IMG/VR virus record: IMGVR_UViG_3300025789_001193
Span: 1-26,847 of that record
Direction: 5' to 3' (one strand)
From: a virus
Taxonomy: Duplodnaviria; Caudoviricetes
DNA: 26,847 nt
Part shown: positions 16,921-26,100 of the stretch, in pieces
Layout: every line of letters starts with the position of its first letter
Numbering within the stretch: the first letter of the stretch is position 1
Made by a program: the position numbers and the translations under genes
Notes under the pieces: model-generated
Told to the model about the DNA's origin: nothing
Databases searched by the model: none
What the model saw: the letters and a program-made list of their open reading frames with translations, nothing else

Positions 16921-17380
16921 TGAGTTTAACCAGTTTCTCAAAACTTGTCATTATATGGTTTTTAGACATTTTGCGTTTGGCCAAGGCAGTATCATACTTG
17001 ATTTGGCTAACATCAAACTGTACCAGACTAGTGTCTTTACGTTTTAGAGCACGTTTATATACCTGCTCTTCAAATTCTGCGTAACCATATGCCTTGTCTT
17101 CATTGATCAGCTGATCATCTTTAGATTTACCTAGAGCTAGATTGTTGGCCAGGATCACTGCTGTCTGTGGCAAATTGATTTGATCTACCACGGCTTCATG
17201 TGTATGATCCAGTATGGTATAAAATCCATCGTGTTTGTGTACCACTGTGAATCGGTCAAAACTCACAGTCCCGTCATTATTTTTGACAGGAATAACAAAG
17301 CCTTTTTGACGTAGTTGTTGTTTAACATTGCGTCCTAGAGTGGCTAATTTTTTATAAAGATCGTCAGTTAGAGGTTTCAT
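16916..17380 (-). CDS. Hypothetical phage protein
   Basis: 154-aa ORF in the operon. Confidence 0.7.
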   Translation of the reverse strand: MKPLTDDLYKKLATLGRNVKQQLRQKGFVIPVKNNDGTVSFDRFTVVHKHDGFYTILDHTHEAVVDQINLPQTAVILANNLALGKSKDDQLINEDKAYGYAEFEEQVYKRALKRKDTSLVQFDVSQIKYDTALAKRKMSKNHIMTSFEKLVKLI

Positions 17381-17573
17381 GTAAGTTTTTGATCAGTTGG
17401 CTACTGTCTTTACTTAGTGAATATACGCCCTTGCGAACTAAACTTTGAGCGAGCCATTGGTCGTGATCGTCTAGTCCTGTTAGTGAAATGTTGGTGTCGT
17501 GTTTTTTAATGAAGTGATTTTCTTCATTAGTGATGGCTATGTTAACCCCTGATAATAATTGATGTATTTTCAT
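17364..17573 (-). CDS. Hypothetical phage protein
   Basis: 69 aa; ATGA coupling; A.SLVRKGVY motif. Confidence 0.7.
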   Translation of the reverse strand: MKIHQLLSGVNIAITNEENHFIKKHDTNISLTGLDDHDQWLAQSLVRKGVYSLSKDSSQLIKNLHETSN

Positions 17574-18064
17574 ACTTTTACTGGGGTTTGTGCGTTTTGT
17601 TGATTAGCGGCAGCTTGTTGATTTTTCTGTTGATTAGTAGCCGCTGTTCTAAACACAGATTTAAGATTGTTGGCTGTTTGTGGATTTTTTTCAGTGGCAC
17701 TTAATGCCGGCATCATGGCCTTCAATGCCTTAGCTGCCATGGGATTGACATTGTTGTTAGACATGGCATTTGGGTCAGTTAATGTCTTGGCCAACACACT
17801 TGAATCAAAATCTTGCCCACCATTGGCGGCTTTGATGGGATCTTTTAAACTGTTCAAATTTGATTTGACCTGTGCCAGTTGCGCTGGATCAAACTCTTGA
17901 TTTGGTTGTCCAGGCTTATTAGGTTGCCCTAGCTTATTGGGTTGATTTGGCTGTGTGCTATTAGGAGCAGGATTAGATCCAGTTTTTGGCAACCCGTCAC
18001 TGTGTACGAGATCTGTGGTAGATCCGATAGTTCCTATGGCCTCGACCAATTCATGTATTTTCAT
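17570..18064 (-). CDS. Hypothetical Q/N/P-rich protein
   Basis: MKIHELVE start; short QPN tandem repeats. Confidence 0.7.
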   Translation of the reverse strand: MKIHELVEAIGTIGSTTDLVHSDGLPKTGSNPAPNSTQPNQPNKLGQPNKPGQPNQEFDPAQLAQVKSNLNSLKDPIKAANGGQDFDSSVLAKTLTDPNAMSNNNVNPMAAKALKAMMPALSATEKNPQTANNLKSVFRTAATNQQKNQQAAANQQNAQTPVKV

Positions 18065-18065
18065 A

Positions 18066-18308
18066 TTAATGCGTTTTTTGTAAAACTACTACAATTAATC
18101 CTAATACGCCAGTAATAACTGTACCAGCTGTTCCAATAAGAACTTTGGTCATGCTAGAGTGGCCGTCTTCAATTAATTTTTTTAGATCACCAAATTTACC
18201 TTCAATAGAGGTAAGGCGTTCATCTAAACTTTTGTAGCGTTGGGCACATAAATCAACGTGTGCTTCCAAATTAGTTTTTTCTATATCAATTATTTCACCA
18301 GTGGACAT
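18066..18308 (-). CDS. Small coiled-coil protein with a C-terminal transmembrane helix
   Basis: LEAHVDLCAQRY...L...IE coiled coil; VLIGTAGTVITGVLGLIVVVL; SD AAGGAG. Confidence 0.75.
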   Translation of the reverse strand: MSTGEIIDIEKTNLEAHVDLCAQRYKSLDERLTSIEGKFGDLKKLIEDGHSSMTKVLIGTAGTVITGVLGLIVVVLQKTH

Positions 18309-18340
18309 TATGTCTCTCCTTTAGTTATATATTACGGAGC

Positions 18341-18769
18341 CTAAATTGTGCCTTGGTGTGCCTTGATTAATGTGTTTTTGGTGGTAATGTCTTTACATTC
18401 AAACATTGCCTTATCTATATTTATTGTTTCTGTTAAATTTTTAATAATTGGTACACCATTAATATCAGTTACCAGATAGGCCAAGGCATTACCTTCCTGA
18501 TCGGTATATACACCCTCACGATCTGGCGTAAACGTAAAAGTCCATACCTTGTGTTTACCTTTGTAATCTGTGCCAAATCCCATGTCTTTAATTGATACTT
18601 CCTCCACAACTGGAGAAGATTCATATATCACAATACTACGTATTTCAAGACACTGGAGTAAAGTAATGAAATTTCTATTTTGATCTAATTCTAATTGACT
18701 GCCTTGATTGGGCCTAGATACCTTGGTTTGAGTAATATCTATCAATGTTTTAATTTCTATGAGATCCAT
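18341..18769 (-). CDS. Hypothetical phage protein
   Basis: TLIDIT, QNRNF.TLLQ, W.F.F and GVPII..L.ET motifs; TAAATA upstream. Confidence 0.7.
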   Translation of the reverse strand: MDLIEIKTLIDITQTKVSRPNQGSQLELDQNRNFITLLQCLEIRSIVIYESSPVVEEVSIKDMGFGTDYKGKHKVWTFTFTPDREGVYTDQEGNALAYLVTDINGVPIIKNLTETINIDKAMFECKDITTKNTLIKAHQGTI

Positions 18770-18798
18770 AAAGTACCTATTTTATGTATTTATGGTCA

Positions 18799-18827
18799 TA
18801 AAAAAAGGCTCTTAAAAAAGAGCCTTT
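18799..18827 (-). terminator. Rho-independent terminator
   Basis: AAAGGCTCTT-TTTT-AAGAGCCTTT followed by a T run. Confidence 0.75.
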
Positions 18828-18849
18828 AGTTGTTTTATCTAACGAAAAA

Positions 18850-19320
18850 TTAGAATGTTGTTTTTGTAACTGTTGTGTTAGCCATTGTGTAACCTTGGTA
18901 TGTGTTACTATCAGCAGCCATCAAAGTTGTCAAGTATGTAGCAAATGCGCTACCAGTACCTGGAGCACCGAAGCTAGCATAGTCGTCAGTACCATAAGCA
19001 CCACCTAGTGCAGCAACAGCAATGTTAACTGTAGAAGTTGTTCCAACTACTGGAGTACCGATGATTTCAATACTTGTCTTAGCTTGGATTTTTTCTAAAG
19101 CAACTGCTAGTGGGTTACGTGCGGCAACTGCTGTACCTTGTGTTGTATCAGCACCGTAGAAAATTGTTGCTACGCCGCCAACGCTAACAGTTGATGTACT
19201 TGCTGTATCGCTAGTCTGCAAGTTGAAGTTTGGGAATGTGATTGTGTAAAAGTCAAGTGTAACACCATTCTTGAAAAATGGGGCTTGTACTGCTTCGTTC
19301 TTTTTGTAAATTTGTGCCAT
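18850..19320 (-). CDS. Probable abundant virion structural protein
   Basis: T/A/G-rich; SD AAGGAG; its own TAAATA motif and terminator. Confidence 0.6.
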   Translation of the reverse strand: MAQIYKKNEAVQAPFFKNGVTLDFYTITFPNFNLQTSDTASTSTVSVGGVATIFYGADTTQGTAVAARNPLAVALEKIQAKTSIEIIGTPVVGTTSTVNIAVAALGGAYGTDDYASFGAPGTGSAFATYLTTLMAADSNTYQGYTMANTTVTKTTF

Positions 19321-19400
19321 TTTAGCATCTCCTTATCTTTTTAAAGCTCCACCCTGGAACTCGTATGCAATTATTTATCCACTTTGGAAAAAAACGCAGA

Positions 19401-19700
19401 TTAATCTTCGTCTTTTACATCGCCGTCTACAATGTGTAGGTGTTTAAGAGTTTCTTTATTGTCTCGCAATTTACGTATGCTACGGGTGAATTTGCTGGCA
19501 TCTCCACCTCTAATACTATTGATAAGTCTACGTTCTAATTCGTAGGCTTCTTCTGGATTGAAATTTTCCTTTATCAAAGCAAGTAGATTAATGGCACTGT
19601 TGATAACATGTGTGGCACGGGCTTCAACTATGGCTTCACCGTTTTTACGTTCTGATATGGAGTTTAATTCTTCTAATAAACTACGTGTGGCTCTTTTCAA
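19401..19700 (-). CDS. Hypothetical phage protein
   Basis: TTG start after AAGGA; TRSLLEEL...LERRLINSIR. Confidence 0.7.
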   Translation of the reverse strand: MKRATRSLLEELNSISERKNGEAIVEARATHVINSAINLLALIKENFNPEEAYELERRLINSIRGGDASKFTRSIRKLRDNKETLKHLHIVDGDVKDED

Positions 19701-19795
19701 AGCAGTTTCCTTATTGTTCTAATATTTAGTTAATTGTAGCACAATAATCTGGAAAAATAAACCATTGTTTTTTATCTTGTTGTAATATACACTGA

Positions 19796-19803
19796 TATAA
19801 ATA
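19796..19803 (+). promoter_or_regulatory. TATAAATA late-type promoter for the plus-strand cassette
   Basis: Exact consensus, followed by hairpin AGTAGAAAC/GTTTCTACT. Confidence 0.55.
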
Positions 19804-19861
19804 CTCAGTAGAAACACTAGTATGGTTTCTACTAATTGACACACAGTAAAGGAGACACAAA

Positions 19862-20023
19862 ATGTCAAAACTATTAAAAAAACTTATCCAGTTTTTAACA
19901 ACTCCACCAAAAAGTGGATTAGAATTATATATTGAAAGTAAACGCCCAAGCAACGCGGCAGAAGTAGATCATTATGCTCGTGAATACAGTTATCGTAACA
20001 CAAACTGGAGGCACGGACTATGA
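19862..20023 (+). CDS. 53-aa small protein (possibly DUF3563-like)
   Basis: Not in the ORF track. SD AAGGAG; MSKLLKKLIQFLTTPPKSGLELYIESKRPSNAAEVDHYAREYSYRNTNWRHGL. The family call is tentative. Confidence 0.75.
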   Translation: MSKLLKKLIQFLTTPPKSGLELYIESKRPSNAAEVDHYAREYSYRNTNWRHGL

Positions 20024-20112
20024 AAAAGTTTTTTAAAGATGTATGGGAAACCATTAAACTTATTCAACAACTTCGGGCAGAAGCAATTGTCAAAGGTCAT
20101 AACTGGTATTAA
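20020..20112 (+). CDS. 30-aa small protein
   Basis: Not in the ORF track. ATGA overlap and GGAGG SD; MKKFFKDVWETIKLIQQLRAEAIVKGHNWY; ends 3 nt before the GNAT start. Confidence 0.7.
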   Translation: MKKFFKDVWETIKLIQQLRAEAIVKGHNWY

Positions 20113-20115
20113 ATC

Positions 20116-20670
20116 ATGCTTAAGACAGTTAGACGTGTGTTACCACACGAATATTCCAAATATCGTCAGCATCTTAAACAACTTGACGCAGAATCTAAGA
20201 TACTACGCTTTGGGTTTCCAACTAACGACACAGTCATTGACTCACTTTGTGATAAGTTTGAAGCCAATACTTCACAGCATATTCTCTTTGCTATAGAAGA
20301 TATTAATTTAAATTTTGTTGCTGTGGGACATATCTCCCTAGCTGGTGAAATGGAATTAGCATTTTCTGTTCTTAAAGAATACCAAGGGCAAGGTATGGGA
20401 AACCTATTGATGAAACGCTGTATACAGTGGTGTCGTACCAAAGGTATACTTGAAGGTTGTATGGTATGTCTAAGTTCCAATGCGGCCATCAAACACCTAT
20501 GTAAGAAACACGGTATCAGCATGACTAGCGAACATGGAGAAACATTGGCTACAATTAAATTTGACCAGCCTGATGTTACTACCTATGTTAATGAAGTCAC
20601 CGACAGCAATCTTGCTGTTATAGACTACTTGGGCAAAAGAGTTTTAAATCCGCTTGCTTTAGTTGCTTAA
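20116..20670 (+). CDS. GNAT family N-acetyltransferase
   Basis: LRFG; ELAFSVLKEYQGQGMGNLLM acetyl-CoA motif; N.A...L.KKHG. Confidence 0.9.
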   Translation: MLKTVRRVLPHEYSKYRQHLKQLDAESKILRFGFPTNDTVIDSLCDKFEANTSQHILFAIEDINLNFVAVGHISLAGEMELAFSVLKEYQGQGMGNLLMKRCIQWCRTKGILEGCMVCLSSNAAIKHLCKKHGISMTSEHGETLATIKFDQPDVTTYVNEVTDSNLAVIDYLGKRVLNPLALVA

Positions 20671-20742
20671 AGTCTATATACTAAATACTTAGGCAGTAAA
20701 GTAACTGCTTACACAGACATTACACACATAAGGAGAAATAAA

Positions 20743-21012
20743 ATGTCATTTGAAACACCTAAACTTCCAGAAGTTAAATTTAACAAAAATGGATATGAAA
20801 TCCGTTCAGACATTCTAGCAATGGCTAAGGACCTAGTACAAAGCGAATACAGCATGAAATTCCAAGGTTGGGAAATGTCAGCTAAACGTGATGAAAAGAC
20901 TGGACAAATTATAACACAAGTTGGTATGCCAGAATTTCCAGGTTTGGACAAGGTTCTAGAAACAGCAGAAAAAATGTACGGCTTTGTAAACGCTACTGCT
21001 AAAACAAAATAA
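20743..21012 (+). CDS. Hypothetical phage protein
   Basis: SD AAGGAG; CTAAATA upstream; NGYEIR..IL.MAK...P...VLE.A..MY.FV. Confidence 0.8.
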   Translation: MSFETPKLPEVKFNKNGYEIRSDILAMAKDLVQSEYSMKFQGWEMSAKRDEKTGQIITQVGMPEFPGLDKVLETAEKMYGFVNATAKTK

Positions 21013-21062
21013 ATATAATTTTAAAATAATATAAAGTGGCATAGCCATTATAACATTATCGT

Positions 21063-21093
21063 AAAAATCCCCAGCTTGTCTGGGGATTTTTTT
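21063..21093. terminator. Bidirectional Rho-independent terminator
   Basis: AAAAATCCCCAG-CTTGT-CTGGGGATTTTTTT between convergent genes. Confidence 0.85.
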
Positions 21094-22078
21094 AATCTGT
21101 AATAGGATGACTGCCTAGGTATTCAGGATAATTTTTATTAAAATGCCGCATCACGATGCCAGCAATAGCATGTGCTTGATTTTCTTGTGGACTGCCTGTA
21201 CGTCCACTGTCATGTTCTAATTCATGCTCAGTATCTTGTTTATAGTGTACTAACTCATGAGCTACTGTGCGTAAAATATCATTAGGGTGACGATTCATTA
21301 GAGCCACATAAAGTACGTGTTCGCCATTTTCATATTTGCCAAAAGTGGGTTGATGACTGTCATGTATGTGTGCTTCAAATTTTATTTGAGGTAAATGATC
21401 CAATCCAATATAACGCATAGCCAATGGTAAAAACTTTTTAAACATTTCCATGAAGTTATCTTTATGATGTTTCATTGGAATTCTACTCTCGTGAAGTGCT
21501 GTATTACCTTCTGGTCCTACATAGATTGCTCTAAAGTCTATATTGGGATATTCGTTTTTTAATTCTTTAAACACTGATAAGTTACTGCGACTGTCATCAT
21601 ACAAACGAATGTGATCATACTTGCCAGTGTCAGCATATCTACGAACATAAACTGCTTTCTTTTCAGCAGGAATAGCATCACCAGGTAAGTTTCCAGCACG
21701 GTGTACATGTACACGACTCATGTCAATACCAAGATCGCTGAATGTTTTTAAGAATAAATTTTTGTTATCAAAATCAGCACGGGCAGTAAGCATGATAACT
21801 TCACTGTTAGCTGAATGATTTAATATAGTTTTTAATTTTTTAACCATGGGCTCAATAGGTTTACTTTCTCTATTGAATTTTTCAGCATCTCTAAATTCAC
21901 CAAAATCAAACTCTTCGCCTGGCTGTAGTTCGTAGTTGTTAAATTGCTGATTGGTTAATTCTCGAACAACATGTCCATCTCGTACTACTTTGATTTTGGC
22001 AGTGGTATGAAGTAGAGTATCGTCTATATCAAATATGACTAGACTTTTTTTAGGTTGGCTGAATTCTTTGGCTCGCAT
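21092..22078 (-). CDS. HAD-superfamily domain fused to an HExxH zincin-like domain
   Basis: VIFDIDDTL, LTAR, K and LYDD HAD motifs; C-terminal LRTVAHELVH...E.QA...AG. Likely start is MRAKEF at 22078. Confidence 0.8.
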   Translation of the reverse strand: MRAKEFSQPKKSLVIFDIDDTLLHTTAKIKVVRDGHVVRELTNQQFNNYELQPGEEFDFGEFRDAEKFNRESKPIEPMVKKLKTILNHSANSEVIMLTARADFDNKNLFLKTFSDLGIDMSRVHVHRAGNLPGDAIPAEKKAVYVRRYADTGKYDHIRLYDDSRSNLSVFKELKNEYPNIDFRAIYVGPEGNTALHESRIPMKHHKDNFMEMFKKFLPLAMRYIGLDHLPQIKFEAHIHDSHQPTFGKYENGEHVLYVALMNRHPNDILRTVAHELVHYKQDTEHELEHDSGRTGSPQENQAHAIAGIVMRHFNKNYPEYLGSHPITD

Positions 22079-22091
22079 AGTGTATTTATTA

Positions 22092-22197
22092 GTGCCGGTT
22101 ACTTTATCCGGCTCCAAGTAACGCCTGGAAGTTCAATTGCGCGGACGCCTGGGCAAGCAAGCTCGCCCCCGTGACGACAACGGTCCCTAAGGTGGGG
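22092..22197 (-). ncRNA. Candidate structured RNA (unassigned)
   Basis: GC-rich intergenic stretch. GGAC/GTCC closes CCGT/ACGG and GGGCGAG-CTTG-CTTGCCC; then TCCAG/TTGGA and GCCG/CGGC hairpins with complementary GTTAC/GTAAC. G.U pairs favour the minus strand. Confidence 0.6.
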
Positions 22198-22317
22198 TTA
22201 ATGCGGATACGGGATACCAGCTAGCCCGCATCCTAATCTTGTCAGCCCTTCATACAGGGCTGTAAGGATTCCTAGGCCTATCCGACCCATCGTCTTCAGG
22301 ATAGACTGGATAGTCAT
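22198..22317 (-). CDS. 39-aa putative small protein
   Basis: MTIQSILKTMGRIGLGILTALYEGLTRLGCGLAGIPYPH; starts 5 nt after the nuclease stop; no clear SD. Confidence 0.45.
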   Translation of the reverse strand: MTIQSILKTMGRIGLGILTALYEGLTRLGCGLAGIPYPH

Positions 22318-22322
22318 TGGGA

Positions 22323-23153
22323 TTAGTCGGCTGATGCGTTAGCGCCACATTTTTGACGTTTGGCATTGGTCAACGCTCCGAAATCCACACTCCATTCTTT
22401 GCCTGGAGCAAGTTCAACTGCGCCCTGTGGGAAAGCAAACTGTACACCAGCTGTTTGTTCAATCTGTTGGATTGGCAAACGGAATTTGGTCAAGTCATTG
22501 CCTAAATTTGGATAAGGAGCAACATGTGGGAAAGCCCAGCCAGCGATTTCTTTAGTTTGATTGTTGACGACAATCTTGTAGAAACCATGTGGAACTACAA
22601 CACCTTTACCAATAGTTTTATCGCCAGCACCATATACACCGCCTACATAAACTGTATAGCTTTGGTTACGTTGTACTGCCCAACCACGTACACTTGTTTC
22701 TAACAATTTCCAAATACCACGATTCAATGAACCAGCCTGTGGGCTCATGTTGGTCATTAGGAAACTTTCATATTCTACTTGCGGATCCCAAGATAAATCG
22801 CCATCCGGTGACATGTGTCCTTTATCATACCCAGTACCAGCATAATCAGCAGGTGTAGCACCATTAGGAACAGACTGATCGGCAGCAAAAGCATTAGTAC
22901 GAGCCACGCAGCCAAGAGCGTTTTGAGGAAGAAGTTCATAAGTCACATATTTAGGTAATTTGGCAGCGGCATCATAACCTACTAGATATGCTTGACGGCA
23001 AATAGGTTGAACACCTGCTGTTTGTGGAAATCCATATGGAGCATGAACGCTACAGGTTTTTGGATCTTGTGGAGCACGTTGAGTCCAAGCATTAGCTTGA
23101 GTGCCTGTTAGAGCTACTAGAGCCACGAACAAGGAAAGTAATAGTTTTTTCAT
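22323..23153 (-). CDS. DNA/RNA non-specific endonuclease (NucA/EndA family) with signal peptide
   Basis: YDKGHM, F.MTNMSPQ..SLNRGIWK.LE and VPHGFYK motifs; Sec signal MKKLLLSLFVALVALTGTQANA. Confidence 0.92.
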   Translation of the reverse strand: MKKLLLSLFVALVALTGTQANAWTQRAPQDPKTCSVHAPYGFPQTAGVQPICRQAYLVGYDAAAKLPKYVTYELLPQNALGCVARTNAFAADQSVPNGATPADYAGTGYDKGHMSPDGDLSWDPQVEYESFLMTNMSPQAGSLNRGIWKLLETSVRGWAVQRNQSYTVYVGGVYGAGDKTIGKGVVVPHGFYKIVVNNQTKEIAGWAFPHVAPYPNLGNDLTKFRLPIQQIEQTAGVQFAFPQGAVELAPGKEWSVDFGALTNAKRQKCGANASAD

Positions 23154-23188
23154 TTTAAAGTACCTTTTTAAAGTTGGTACTTTATTTA

Positions 23189-26100
23189 TTACCTTCTCAC
23201 AAAGTGATAATCACCATCCGGTCCGTTATCGCAGAATATACCCTTACATTCAAAACCACAATCGCTCATAAATTGTATGATTGTGTCTTTCAACGGGGCG
23301 CCTTTATTATACTCTACCTGTTGAAGCTCTAAAATAACATGTTTGGCATTTTGTAAAGCAAGTCCTGCTCCCATTAATACATCAAGCTCTGCTCCCTGTA
23401 CATCCATTTTAATTAGATCTGGTAATGGGAATTGCTTTTGTTGTACAATAGTATTCACAGTGGTTGAACGCAATTTACGTCTATGGGCTTCGGTATACAA
23501 TACATCAGCGCCACTGCTTAGTTCACTATTTTCTCTATAGTAGCTGTTACCGCCAGGATTCTCTACGTTTTCATAGAAGTCCAATTCTTTACCATCTTCG
23601 TTACTTAACAAACCAACATTGTATCGCATGTTACGTTCTTTGTATAAGAACTCTGTGGCAGTCATAGCTTCAAAGGCAATATACTCGGGTTCTGGCCATA
23701 CTGTCTTGGCCGCATCAGTCCAGTGTAGAACACAGGCACCAATATCATAAACAACCTGCGGAACAAAGTTATATTCTTCTCTAATTCTACGTAAGTAATC
23801 TACATGAGTATTTGGCATTAATTTATGCGATCCCAAATAGCGTAGTCTTGCTGTCACAGGATCTTCATCAGGCAGTGCTGGTATATTATTGTCCACAGTG
23901 AATGTGAAACTGCCAATATGTCGACATTGGATACTAGGATCGGCATAGATCTTAAATCCCTTATCACGTGCCTTGCGACAGAAGTCATTATCTTCGCTGA
24001 TAGTGTGTGCGTGGTCAATGGCGCTGTGATATTCAAACTGTGGATAGCCAACTTTGGCAAACACTTCACGCTTAACTAGCACACAACCAAATCCACAGCC
24101 AGCTATTTCAACTAGACTGCGACCTTTTAATTTTTCATAGGGCATGTTGCTTACACCACCATGAGCATTAGGTTCATAAATTTCTAACACATGACGGTCT
24201 GGCTTGCGTTGAATATACAGTCCACTGACCATGTCCTTGTCATGTGCCAACAACTTTTTAAGTGTATCACGTTCAAAGGCAATATCACTGTCCACGCTGA
24301 ACAAATAGTCAAATCCACCCACAGTCCAGTGCGCTATTAGATTGCGTACTTGGTCAATGTTGTATCCATAGAAACATTGGAACTCTGCTATATAGCCATC
24401 AGGAATTTCCAAATCATAGATAGATTTAAATGTTTCTGTTTCAATATTCTTAGCAGTGGGAATACCAATTAGAATACGTTTAGGATTGGCCTTGTTGGGT
24501 TTGACCTGTACCACAGGAGTTTCCACAGGCTTGTACATGTCAATTTTGGCCTGTTCATAGATTGGACGTTCGCGTTCTAAAAAACCATTGGTAATAGTTT
24601 GATCCTTGGTAGTGGCCGCAAACTGTGTGTAATGGTCCATGTTGGCAATGATATAATTTGTACGTCCTCGAGCCAATTGTAGATCAAACGCATAATTATC
24701 GCCAAAGTAAATATCTAACCCTTGAGGAATTGGAGTCCATACTGCTTTGTTAAAGAAGAATAAACAGCCATAACCATAGGTATGTTGACCCGTCCAAGGC
24801 AAAATATCAATGGTCTTGGTAGTCACTGGCGGTTGTTCAAACACATCAACACCTGGACACAGTCCAAATAAACCTGTGTCCTCAGTCATTAAATCTTGTA
24901 GGCGTAAAAACACATCTGTGTCAAACACAACATCATCATTGAGTACACAGATATGGCTGTAACGACTTTGTTCAACACCAAAATTCCAAGCAGGATTTAC
25001 ATAGATGTTTCGACCAAAGTCATACATGCGAATCTTAGGATGCTGTAGCCCTGGTGGTGTTTTGGTATTGTCATTGTTAATGATAATGACTTCGCCCACA
25101 GCTTCGTGTTCACAAAGAATGTCAACAAATTTAACAAACTGATCAGCCACTTTCCACATAGTAGGAACAATGATACTATATTTCTGTATGCGAGTCTTGG
25201 CCAGGATGTCGTTGGCATTAAGAGTTTGTAGATCCGCATTGACCTTATAGTCATTCAACGGACTAATGTCGTTGTAATTATATACAATGTCCTGTAGGCA
25301 CTTGACCTTTTCAGGCCTTGCTTGTTCAATTGCGGCATAGAATAGTGCGCCATCTCCGCCGGCCTTGTACCATTGACCATTGCTGTCAGTAAACATGCGA
25401 TCTGGTATGCCATTTATCAAATATCGTTTAAATGTTCTCAGATGCGTATAGGGCATGTTCCAATTGAACTTGTGCTTGCGATAGGCCTTGCTCTTTTTAA
25501 TATGTTCAGGATAAGGTTGACTGATCAAAGGAATATTGTCAACCATGCTCCAGCATGATCCATAGGTGAATTCTGTAGATCCATCATAGATATTATTATA
25601 GTAATTAAAAATACTATTATCATTGACTAGGCTATCATCACCATCCAGTATCATAACAATGGCATTGGGATTGGTAATTCTACGAATGGCTTCAACTTGA
25701 TTACGTGGTGCTCCCTTGTTTACATCGTTTCGAATAACGCTGAAATGTTTGAACACTTCCTTGGGCAATGCGTAGACTGCTTCCACAGCACGATCAAATC
25801 CATTATCAGTACTACAATCATCAATTAGGATATGGTGATAATTTTCATAGTCTTGTTGTGCCACACTTTGGATACAGCGTCCAATGTATTCTTCAGCATT
25901 GTAGAATGTACTGATAACAATGATCTCTTGTTCAGTGCTAGGCTTGTAATCCTCCAATTCAACAACATTGTGGAAACGTCTATTGTAGATTTTGTGTAGA
26001 CGATGATTAATCTTGGTAACTTCTCTATAATCTTCACGGCTTAGATATTCGCCGCACTTACGGAACATCTGTTGACGCCATTGACGAGCCACACTATCCC

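Noticed and set aside
17895-17955. Short tandem nucleotide repeats
   Set aside because: Explained by QPN coding repeats.
19726-20296. Track ORFs 19726-19953 (-) and 20039-20296 (+)
   Set aside because: Displaced by SD-supported, coupled ORFs 19862-20023, 20020-20112 and the GNAT.
22141-22156. ZTP riboswitch-like CGCCTGGGC on the plus strand
   Set aside because: The upstream GACTGGCG half is missing and there is no downstream plus-strand gene.
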